From Desulfobacterales bacterium (GTDB lineage: Bacteria; Desulfobacterota; UBA8473): DNA of 64,000 nucleotides. The position numbers and the translations under genes are program-made. Shown piece after piece: positions 43,972-51,339 of this stretch. Below the pieces are notes generated by a model. It did no database searches and was not told the DNA's origin. It saw nothing but the letters and a program-made list of their open reading frames with translations. Positions within the stretch are counted from its first letter, which is position 1; each line of letters begins with the position of its first letter. The stretch is from the NCBI GenBank assembly GCA_016209225.1, contig JACQWO010000025.1:14548-78547 (forward strand), in the 5' to 3' direction.

Positions 43972-44334
43972 CTATGTACCTTGCAGCAACCGGAAGATAG
44001 GTTTCATCCAATAGGGCATGATGAAAACCTCCCCTGCCAAAGATAACCGCCATCCCTTGAGAAAGTTTATGTATCGGGTATATCGGTGTGCCTCTCCAAT
44101 TGCCCTTCTCAAGTCATCTTCCGAAGCCGGAATGGCAATAAGATGAACGTGGTTGGGCATCAGGCAGTAAGCCCATATCTCCACATTACACCGTTTGCAC
44201 CATTCAGACATGAGGGCTATATATTCCCTGTAATCTTCCTCTCTGAAAAAGGTCCGCTGTCTTCGATTGCCACGTTGTGTTATATGGTGGGGAAGCCCAG
44301 GTGAAACTACACGACCTATTCTCGCCATAGTCAA
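43972..44334 (-). CDS. IS200-like Y1 (HUH) transposase, short stand-alone form (RayT-like)
   Basis: PGLPHHITQRGNRRQ...AYCLMPNHVHLI...HRYTRYIN. It lacks the DnaA-like tail. About 350 nt from REP-like copy A. Confidence 0.6.
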   Translation of the reverse strand: MTMARIGRVVSPGLPHHITQRGNRRQRTFFREEDYREYIALMSEWCKRCNVEIWAYCLMPNHVHLIAIPASEDDLRRAIGEAHRYTRYINFLKGWRLSLAGEVFIMPYWMKPIFRLLQGT

Positions 44335-44442
44335 ATAATACTATCGCAAATCTCTCTTGTCAATAATTAGGTATTGAGTCCCCGGAATTCTGTTAAGGAC
44401 CGAGTCCCGAGATCGGATACAGTTCCCGGATCAATCCGTGCT

Positions 44443-44652
44443 TTACGAAGTTTTTTTCGGTTGATTATCCGACTTCTTTTTATCCTTTTGATCCTGTTTG
44501 CTTTTTTTCTGTTTTTGACTCTTGTCCTTATCCTTCTTTCCGCCTTTGTCTCCCATTGTGCACTCCTTTCCTTTTATCAATCCCGTTCTTGCCGCAAAGG
44601 GCGCTCTGTCGTAAGTTATAGCTTTTCGTGTCTTCATTGACCTTTCGGTCAA
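44443..44652 (-). CDS. Small hypothetical protein with an extremely Lys-rich tail
   Basis: TTG start. GDKGGKKDKDKSQKQKKSKQDQKDKKKSDNQPKK. Low-complexity; coding status uncertain. Confidence 0.25.
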   Translation of the reverse strand: MTERSMKTRKAITYDRAPFAARTGLIKGKECTMGDKGGKKDKDKSQKQKKSKQDQKDKKKSDNQPKKTS

Positions 44653-44688
44653 TTATACTACACACTGAAATAATGTTTTATAATGTAT

Positions 44689-44800
44689 AATGCGGCGCTG
44701 AGCGGTGTCCCGAAGGGACATCCGTCTCCTGTGCCTGGTTCTCCCTGAGAGAAGCGGAGGGCAGGCACAACCGCTCAGCGCCGCATTCCCCCTGAGGGTT
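44689..44800 (+). repeat. REP-like structured element, copy A
   Basis: AATGCGGCGCTGAGCGGTGTCCCGAAGGGACATCCGTCTCCTGTGCCTGGTTCTCCC...GAGGGCAGGCACAACCGCTCAGCGCCGCATT, with a variant 3' hairpin. Confidence 0.6.
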
Positions 44801-44874
44801 GAGCCGCCGAGTTTACGAGGTAGGCTCCACCCTCTTGTTGGGCCGGAGCGCTAGCGATCGGCTGTATTGATTTG

Positions 44875-45048
44875 TTATGCCAATTCTTTTATTATATGCT
44901 TTGCAAGGTTCTCATCAATCTCGCCATGTCTTGGAACAGGTTGTTTCTTGCCTGTTTTAGGATTCGCATAAAGATCGTGGCGGCCGCCGTGCCTCACAAG
45001 CACACACCCTACAGACAATATTCTCTTCAGCAATTCTTTTCTTTTCAT
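44875..45048 (-). CDS. hicA: HicA-family mRNA interferase toxin (57 aa)
   Basis: Hand translation of the minus strand gives MKRKELLKRILSVGCVLVRHGGRHDLYANPKTGKKQPVPRHGEIDENLAKHIIKELA. It forms an ATGA start/stop overlap with hicB. It is not in the ORF track because it is under 60 aa. Coordinates may be off by about 1 nt. Confidence 0.65.
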   Translation of the reverse strand: MKRKELLKRILSVGCVLVRHGGRHDLYANPKTGKKQPVPRHGEIDENLAKHIIKELA

Positions 45049-45242
45049 ACATTTATGGCAAGTTCTTTGATTTCGTGCTGCTCCGGGACATCTTCCAGTG
45101 TCATCATCGCGTAAGCGTCCTTCATGTTATCTTCAAGTTCTTCCAACGTCCCGCCTTGCGTCATTATTTCTGGATGTTCTAGGAGTTTCCCCACCCAAAA
45201 CTTTTCGCCTTTCCAATAGATCATTTTTAGCTTTGTTTCCAT
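45045..45242 (-). CDS. hicB: HicB-family antitoxin, short form
   Basis: KMIYWKGEKFWVGKLLEHPEIMTQGGTLEELEDNMKDAYAMM matches the HicB N-domain. Confidence 0.6.
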   Translation of the reverse strand: METKLKMIYWKGEKFWVGKLLEHPEIMTQGGTLEELEDNMKDAYAMMTLEDVPEQHEIKELAINV

Positions 45243-45529
45243 GCTGCAACCTCCTAAGCTTGGTATTTCTTTATCAATATAATATCACATGAAGTGAGGA
45301 TAGGAAATATCTTTTATAATCCTTGCCCAACGAGTCTGTAGAAAAAGTCCTTTTACAGGGGAGTAGTTTCCTGACCAAGACCGATTTTTTTTAGACTTTT
45401 AACTTAGCATAGACGATGCATTTTCCCGGCGGAGCATTATTGCCCTTCCTTCAATCTGTGAAGATATCGAGTGGCGTTGCTTTGTTAAGCTTCATCCCTG
45501 CTTTATCCGGTCTTCATCCTTTGGGTATA

Positions 45530-46137
45530 TCAGGCAAATCCCAAACCATACCTGTGTATCTTCTTCACATTGTGAATAATACAGAACAGATTCCACTGCA
45601 TGTTTACCTTTTTTTTACCCCGCAATGTGAAACGGTTAAGGCCAATAGCTGATGCGATATGGTCAAACGGCGGCTCACTTATTGCCGGCCGCATCCCGTA
45701 AAGAACTCTACCTGAAGCAGAGTCAATCTTCCGCTTCATTCTCTCTGTAAAGGTAATCTCGCCTTTTGCCGACCTTCCCACAAAATAAGCAACCTGCCGT
45801 ATCTCTGTACGCTCCGGATACCGCAGGCATTGGGAACGAAGGGCACATGGAAGGCAGACCGACTTGGGTCCCTTAAACTTATATGCCCGAAAGTTCTTCA
45901 CTACAACGTTGGCGCCGCTGCGGTAGAGTCGTTTACCTGCCGGGCATAAACAATAACGCAACTCTTTGTCAAAGATGAAGTCTTTGGTACTAAAAAGTGG
46001 AGTGTGTCCCTTCCGACCAGCTCGTTATCGATGAGATGATTCAGAGAGTATTCAAAGGTGCAGGGAAGGATTTGTTTCTCGAAATGGATGGGGATGAATT
46101 TACCTTGTTCGTATGAATAGGGTTTGTAACGTGCCAT
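45530..46137 (-). pseudogene. IS1182-family transposase remnant (N- and C-terminal pieces, frameshifted and internally deleted)
   Basis: The N-terminal piece MARYKPYSYEQGKFIPIHFEKQILPCTFEY and the C-terminal piece ...FTLRGKKKVNMQWNLFCIIHNVKKIHRYGLGFA match IS1182 transposase ends. Total coding is about 220 aa versus about 450 expected. Confidence 0.6.
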
Positions 46138-46253
46138 GCAACACCTCGGTAAATGGTTAAGCGGTTACCAACTCCAATGTTGCAGCAATATTACAATAAA
46201 ATGCTCATGGTTACAATCATTTTACCTCTATATCACCCTTTTCCTACAGATTC

Positions 46254-46380
46254 AACGCGGCGCTGAGCGGTGTCCCGAAGGGACATCCGTCTTCCTGTGC
46301 CTGGTTCTCCCGGAGCGAAGCGGAGGGCAGGCACAACCGCTCAGCGCCGCGTTCCCCCTGAGCGAAGCGAAGGGGGAATG
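46254..46380 (+). repeat. REP-like structured element, copy B
   Basis: AACGCGGCGCTGAGCGGTGTCCCGAAGGGACATCCGTCTTCCTGTGCCTGG...CAGGCACAACCGCTCAGCGCCGCGTTCCCCCTGAGCGAAGCGAAGGGGGAA. Confidence 0.65.
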
Positions 46381-46447
46381 ATAAAGTCACCTGCCAGTGT
46401 GAAGCGTAGCGAAACACCGGTCAGGTGGACTGACAGGTTGGGCGGGC

Positions 46448-46777
46448 TCAAAATGCAAATAGCCGTTGTAAGAGAGAAATAACCTCCAACTGAGTTTCTG
46501 AATCAATAGAACCAAGCTTTTTTATGAGTCGTGTTTTATCTATTGTTCGAATCTGATCCAAGACGATTTGCCCTTTTTTCTTTTTAAATTTGCATGATAT
46601 CCTTGTGGGATAGTCCTTGCCGGCAGTAGTCATCGGGGCAACTATAACGGTGCGGATATGCCGGTTCATTTCATCTGGCGAAATAATCACGCAAGGTCGC
46701 GTTTTCTGTATTTCAGAACCAACAGTAGGATCAAGATTGATCAAATACACATCGAATCGATTCACTACCATTGCCAT
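46448..46777 (-). CDS. mazF: MazF/PemK-family endoribonuclease toxin
   Basis: FDVYLINLDPTVGSEIQKTRPCVIIS is the canonical PemK/MazF motif. Confidence 0.8.
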   Translation of the reverse strand: MAMVVNRFDVYLINLDPTVGSEIQKTRPCVIISPDEMNRHIRTVIVAPMTTAGKDYPTRISCKFKKKKGQIVLDQIRTIDKTRLIKKLGSIDSETQLEVISLLQRLFAF

Positions 46778-47019
46778 TCCTCTTCATCCCAGGAATTTGA
46801 AATATTATCGTTTCCGTCTATCAATGTGTCATGACCGTTTTGAGCCATTGTTCTAAAAGCATTATCCCAACCTGGCCTTGGATTTGAGATCGGGCGAATA
46901 ATGATTTGGTTTTTCTCTACTTCAAGCTCAACGTCCTCGATAATTCCTGTTTGCTCAAGTATAGGTTTTGGAATACGGACACCTTGGGAATTGCCAATTT
47001 TTACAACACGTACTCTCAT
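46765..47019 (-). CDS. mazE: MazE/AbrB-SpoVT-family antitoxin
   Basis: VKIGNSQGVRIPKPILEQ is a swapped-hairpin AbrB/MazE motif. Overlaps mazF by 13 nt. Confidence 0.7.
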   Translation of the reverse strand: MRVRVVKIGNSQGVRIPKPILEQTGIIEDVELEVEKNQIIIRPISNPRPGWDNAFRTMAQNGHDTLIDGNDNISNSWDEEEWQW

Positions 47020-47050
47020 GGTTTACCTCCTTGACTTGATAGGTGTCTAC

Positions 47051-47079
47051 ATTGTAATTACATCGGGATTGAATGTCAA
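47051..47079 (-). promoter_or_regulatory. Candidate sigma70 promoter for mazEF with an operator-like palindrome TGTAATTACA overlapping the -10
   Basis: Minus strand reads TTGACA, a 17-nt spacer, TACAAT, then RBS AGGAGG and ATG. Confidence 0.5.
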
Positions 47080-47360
47080 GGATTTATTGTATTTTTCCCC
47101 AGTTTTTGCCGCCCAACGGGCAGCGAGATGAGCCGCCCCCCAACCGACCAAGCGGAGTAATTACTCAAAAATTTCCTCTTTACCTAAAAGAAATGGAATT
47201 TCGTTACAATAATAGGCATCGTTCGATATTTATGTTTAGCCATTCGGAATTCTCCTTATATTATTGTTAAGTAAAAATTGTAAAAATGAAAGCAATGGGG
47301 ATCAAGTCTGCGTTTGACTCTTAATGGGAATATTCAAAGGTCAAACGTAGACCTGAGCCT

Positions 47361-47663
47361 TTATCCCACTTTGTGGAATTGCTCAAAGTGATGCACCCAA
47401 CATTCCTTAACATATTTTTCCATTCCATGTGGTATTAGGGCTCGTTCCCAAGCCTCACCACAAAATGCAACCAATGCGTCTTGATTTTCCCATGTGGTTA
47501 TTAAAACATACTCATCTTTATCTTGATCCATTACCTTACCAGCCGACAAGGAAACTAATCCTTTTTGTGCTTTTACTAACGGGATAGAAATTTGGTTAAA
47601 ATCATTTTCGAAATCTTCTTTCAATCCTTTATTAATCCTAACTCTAAAAATCCTTACTATCAT
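47361..47663 (-). CDS. Hypothetical protein, ABM (antibiotic biosynthesis monooxygenase / Dabb)-like fold
   Basis: 100 aa. EYVLITTWENQDALVAF is ABM-like. The N-terminus MIVRIFRVRI could alternatively be a displaced ParE C-terminal piece. Confidence 0.35.
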   Translation of the reverse strand: MIVRIFRVRINKGLKEDFENDFNQISIPLVKAQKGLVSLSAGKVMDQDKDEYVLITTWENQDALVAFCGEAWERALIPHGMEKYVKECWVHHFEQFHKVG

Positions 47664-47691
47664 TTAATGTCTCCAATCTTGATTGGTGAAT

Positions 47692-47856
47692 TCATCCTAT
47701 ATTTCCAATGAATGGAAAATCCTTAACACTTCTCGCTACATCAAGAATTTTCGTAACAACTGCACGTGCATAAAACTCAGAATCCCTTGTAATATAATCT
47801 GAAATTGATTCAATATCTTCAATGGCTTCTGGGGACCAGACTACTTTATAGGTCAT
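47692..47856 (-). pseudogene. RelE/ParE-family toxin, truncated at 54 aa
   Basis: MTYKVVWSPEAIEDIESISDYITRDSEFYARAVVTKILDVARSVKDFPFIGNIG* matches ParE/RelE N-terminal halves. The C-terminal catalytic half is missing. An 11-codon ORF follows (MNSPIKIGDIK), joined through ATGA overlaps. Confidence 0.45.
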
Positions 47857-48029
47857 CTGCTGAATCTCTTCTCTACTTCTTCTTGGCTCATCGTTCCCTC
47901 TTTCTCTGCCCTATCGATTCCACGTTGAATCTTCTCGATTACATATAGGTGGTATTGGATATCTTCAAACGTGCAACTATCTGGCAGCTTATCTATTAAT
48001 GATACGGCTTCTTCTTTCGCAGTGTTCAT
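47853..48029 (-). CDS. ParD/RelB-like antitoxin partner (58 aa)
   Basis: Hand-translated as MNTAKEEAVSLIDKLPDSCTFEDIQYHLYVIEKIQRGIDRAEKEGTMSQEEVEKRFSR. It forms an ATGA overlap with the toxin ORF. Confidence 0.5.
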   Translation of the reverse strand: MNTAKEEAVSLIDKLPDSCTFEDIQYHLYVIEKIQRGIDRAEKEGTMSQEEVEKRFSR

Positions 48030-48058
48030 ACTTGTCTCCTTTCTATGATTTTACACAT

Positions 48059-48184
48059 AATGCGGCGCTGAGCGGTGTCCCGAAGGGACATCCGTCTCCT
48101 GTGCCTGGTTCTCCCGGAGCGAAGCGGAGGGCAGGCACAACCGCTCAGCGCCGCATTCCCCCCGAGCGGAGCGAGGGGGGAATG
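48059..48184 (+). repeat. REP-like structured element, copy C (most complete consensus-like copy)
   Basis: AATGCGGCGCTGAGCGGTGTCCCGAAGGGACATCCGTCTCCTGTGCCTGGTTCTCCCGGAGCGAAGCGGAGGGCAGGCACAACCGCTCAGCGCCGCATTCCCCCCGAGCGGAGCGAGGGGGGAATG. The outer 18-bp inverted repeat is perfect. Inner hairpins: GTCCCgaaGGGAC and TGTGCCTG...CAGGCACA. A 3' hairpin follows: CCCCCC...GGGGGG. Confidence 0.65.
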
Positions 48185-48253
48185 TTTTGCATAACTGGCT
48201 GGCAATGGAGCACAGCGGAATTGCCAGCCCGAGTTGATGCGGTTGTTATGCTT

Positions 48254-49450
48254 TTATTTTAACAAGTTTCTAATTGCATTTCCCAGTTTCCGGATTCCAA
48301 TCTGAATGGTTCCTTCATCTACGCATGAGAAATTAAGTCGCAAAGTTCGTGTTCTCATCTTCTTGACATAAAAAGGATCACCCGGCACGAATACAACATT
48401 GTCTTTCACTGCCAGATCAAATAAATCAAGTGATGCTACATTTTGCGGTAATTCAGCCCATAAAAACATTCCACCCTCTGGTTTGGTATAAGTTACACTT
48501 GGGGGGAAATAATTTTGTATACTATTCAACATGGCCCGGCATTGATTCCCATATGCCTCTCTGATTCTGCTTATATGTTTATCAATATCATTATCTTTTA
48601 AGTACTGATAAATAATACTCTGCGTAAAATGGCTTGTGTGGAGGTCAGCTGCCTGTTTTGCAATAATAAGTTTCTCCATGATGTGTTTTGGAGTAACAAT
48701 CCACCCTAACCGGAATCCGGGAATAATAGTTTTGGAAAAAGAACCCAACAGTACAGTATTATCCGGTAATAAATCCTTGAAGGACTGTTTGCTTTCACCA
48801 GTAAATCGTAAATCACCATATGCATCATCTTCAATTAATATTATATTGGTTTCTTGGAGTATTTCCGAAACCTCAAGTCTGTTTTCTTGGGAATAGGAAA
48901 TGCCGGACGGATTTTGGAAATTTGGAACTGTATACATCAGTTTTGGTTTATGAGAGGATATTATTTTCCGCAGTCTCTGTGTATCCATTCCTTCTTCGGA
49001 GACCGGAACAGGGAAAAACTCCGGTCTGTATATTGAAAATGCCTGGATAGCTCCCAAATAGCCGGGTTCTTCTATTATCACACCATTGCCGTCGTTAAGA
49101 AGAATTTTTCCCAGAAGATCTAATCCTTGCTGAGAACCGCTTGTAATCAGTATGTTTTCTACAGGTATATCAAGATTTTTCGTTTGATGATACCGCTCTG
49201 CGATATATTCTCTCAATTTCAGATAACCTTCTGAATTGCTATATTGGAAAATATCCTTCCCATGCATACTAAATACCTTATTTGTCGCCTTCTTAATTTC
49301 CTCAGCGGGGAAAAGCTCTCTGTTGGGAAGTCCGCCAGCAAAAGAAATCACTGCAGGATCCAAAGCAACCTTGAGTATTTCACGAATGAATGAACGTGGA
49401 ACGTCCGTAATTCTATCAGAAAATATGCTATCCATATTATTTTCCTTCAT
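48254..49450 (-). CDS. PLP-dependent aminotransferase (class I/II; LysN/2-aminoadipate aminotransferase-like)
   Basis: DVPRSFIREILKV N-terminal motif and the SFSKT PLP-lysine region. Start set at MKENNMDS with RBS AGGAAAC. The track ORF extends into REP-like copy D. Confidence 0.8.
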   Translation of the reverse strand: MKENNMDSIFSDRITDVPRSFIREILKVALDPAVISFAGGLPNRELFPAEEIKKATNKVFSMHGKDIFQYSNSEGYLKLREYIAERYHQTKNLDIPVENILITSGSQQGLDLLGKILLNDGNGVIIEEPGYLGAIQAFSIYRPEFFPVPVSEEGMDTQRLRKIISSHKPKLMYTVPNFQNPSGISYSQENRLEVSEILQETNIILIEDDAYGDLRFTGESKQSFKDLLPDNTVLLGSFSKTIIPGFRLGWIVTPKHIMEKLIIAKQAADLHTSHFTQSIIYQYLKDNDIDKHISRIREAYGNQCRAMLNSIQNYFPPSVTYTKPEGGMFLWAELPQNVASLDLFDLAVKDNVVFVPGDPFYVKKMRTRTLRLNFSCVDEGTIQIGIRKLGNAIRNLLK

Positions 49451-49465
49451 GTTTCCTATTTGCAT

Positions 49466-49596
49466 AATGCGGCAGTTGAGCAGTGCCCGAAGGGCATCTG
49501 TCTCGAACTCCTGGTTCTCCCCGCAGCGGAGCGAAGGGGAAATCAGGAGTTCGCTGCTCAACTGCCGCATTCTCCCCGAGCGAAGCGAGGGGAGAA
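49466..49596 (+). repeat. REP-like structured element, copy D (divergent, with compensatory stem changes), plus an extra GC hairpin to about 49650
   Basis: AATGCGGCAGTTGAGCAGTGCCCGAAGGGCATCTGTCTCGAACTCCTGG...CAGGAGTTCGCTGCTCAACTGCCGCATTCTCCCCGAGCGAAGCGAGGGGAGAA. Every stem retains complementarity despite substitutions. Confidence 0.55.
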
Positions 49597-49787
49597 CGCC
49601 TGAATTAAGCCGCGCCGCGAAGCGGCGTCGGCTTGAATGAATTGTTAGGCCTGCCTGAGACAGGCCTTTCTGTTGATTGCACGGATAACCAGACCATAAG
49701 AAATGAATTCAGGCGCAATCACATCTTGACGAGCCACCAGCTGTTGCGCGGCACAGCCGTTGACGATCCGCCGGATGCGCCAACGCA

Positions 49788-50534
49788 TCACCGCGGCATC
49801 AGCGCGAACACACCCCAGCCCAGGTATTCACGCGTGTAAGCGGCGTAGCGCTCGGGTTCCGAGGTCAGTTTGGCTCGAACATCTTTCGCGAACTCGTCGT
49901 CAGGATTGGCTTCAAGCCATCGGCGCATGGTGAGCCATTTGGTCGCCTCGTATCTGTCCCAGCCGTCTTGGTCAGCCAGAACCATTTCAACGACGTCGTA
50001 GCCAAGGTGGCCGAAAGACGCGAGAAGTTCTGGAAGCATGAGAAAATCGGAGATTGAGTTGGCAAGACACCCCTTGGCAACATCTTCCGTCGGCGGTAAC
50101 TGCCGCCAGTAGGGCTCGCCGATGAGGATGATCCCTCCGGTGCGCAGGCTCCGCGTCAGAAGCTCGATAGTGCCGATGACTCCCCCGGCGATCCAAGTGG
50201 CACCGACACAGGCTGCCACACTGGCCTTCTCGTCAGAGACATAGCCGGAAGCATCGCCATGGATGAACTTGACTTGATCGGCGACGCCGAGTTCTACAGC
50301 ACGGAGTTTCGCTTGCTCGGTGAACAACTGGCTCATGTCGATGCCGGTGCCGATGACGCCGTGATCGCGTGCCCAGGTGCACAGCATCTCCCCCGAACCG
50401 CTGCCGAGGTCGAGCACTCGGGCCCCCGATTCCAGACGCAGCGCCGCGCCGAGAGTGGCGAGCTTTTCGGGTGTGATCGGGTTGTGGATGCGGTGAGCAC
50501 TTTCAGTGATGTTGAATATCCGTGGGATGTCCAT
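49788..50534 (-). CDS. Class I SAM-dependent methyltransferase (GC-rich, likely acquired)
   Basis: VLDLGSGSGEM is motif I. This single gene is about 60% GC, against about 45% background. Confidence 0.75.
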   Translation of the reverse strand: MDIPRIFNITESAHRIHNPITPEKLATLGAALRLESGARVLDLGSGSGEMLCTWARDHGVIGTGIDMSQLFTEQAKLRAVELGVADQVKFIHGDASGYVSDEKASVAACVGATWIAGGVIGTIELLTRSLRTGGIILIGEPYWRQLPPTEDVAKGCLANSISDFLMLPELLASFGHLGYDVVEMVLADQDGWDRYEATKWLTMRRWLEANPDDEFAKDVRAKLTSEPERYAAYTREYLGWGVFALMPR

Positions 50535-50642
50535 TGTGAAAAATTTCCTTACGGGTGTGAATAGATTCGGTCATGGCCTAACGATTTGAACTCACTGGTG
50601 GCGGGTAGCCATCCAGTGGAGTGATTGGTTGTGTGAGGTGTT

Positions 50643-51083
50643 TCATTTATGTTTAGCAACTTTAAGCAATTTCTCAATATTTGCAATAGCCATATCCGTA
50701 CATTCTTTTACTGTGTTGTTTCCCAAATAGGGGGAATATTTAAAAAGAAACTCTGTCGTCTCCTCTCCTTCATAATCATCTTGTGCATAATAGTTGCGCC
50801 ATGCTTGGTTAAATTCTCTTTTGCGGGGTTCTTCCAAAAAATGTCGGAAGGTAGTTGCGGCAGTCCTATGTTTATTGAAAGCATCGGTGAGCAATTTATG
50901 GGGGTCAACAGTTTTGTTGTAAGTGGGGTTTTCGAGGGTAGAGAGTTCAGAAGCAAAGGCTTCATGCAAGGTATTATAAGCGATATTAAAGCGTTCTTTG
51001 TCTTTATATTTTCTAGTGACGATGCTAGTGATCAATACACCAATCAAGACAGGAAAAATGCCGAGGAGGATTTTTTCAATCAT
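50643..51083 (-). CDS. Hypothetical membrane-anchored protein
   Basis: An N-terminal TM segment (ILLGIFPVLIGVLITSIV), then a soluble domain. Confidence 0.4.
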   Translation of the reverse strand: MIEKILLGIFPVLIGVLITSIVTRKYKDKERFNIAYNTLHEAFASELSTLENPTYNKTVDPHKLLTDAFNKHRTAATTFRHFLEEPRKREFNQAWRNYYAQDDYEGEETTEFLFKYSPYLGNNTVKECTDMAIANIEKLLKVAKHK

Positions 51084-51227
51084 ATGTTTTACCCCATTTG
51101 TGCATTTGTTACTATATGGCTGGTGGTAGGATTACCATTTTATTTATTATTCTTCACACAACGATGATTATACTGAACCGGTTTATTCCTTCGATTTATG
51201 CTTAACCATAGTATAGTTTAACCAAAG

Positions 51228-51338
51228 AAACAAATATTTTTGTAGAAAAATCTTCTTAACTGCCGTAAATTATCCATTAATATCATATTATACAGAATCC
51301 GTATATCGTAGGCAGGAACTTTATATGAGAGAGAATTT
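51228..51338 (+). repeat. Conserved promoter/leader-like block, copy 2 of 2 (reads on the plus strand, ends in an RBS and ATG that point antisense into the 3' end of fba)
   Basis: TTTACGGCAGTTAAGAAGATTTTTCT shared with 5222-5332. Then ...ATAATATGATATTAATGG..GGATTCTGTAT..CGTAGGCAGGAACTTTATATGAGAGAGAAT. Confidence 0.5.
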
Positions 51339-51339
51339 A

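Noticed and set aside
47361-47663. Calling 47361-47663 a genuine ABM monooxygenase
   Set aside because: Similarity is weak and it is chained by ATGA overlaps to a truncated ParE. Kept only as a low-confidence hypothetical.
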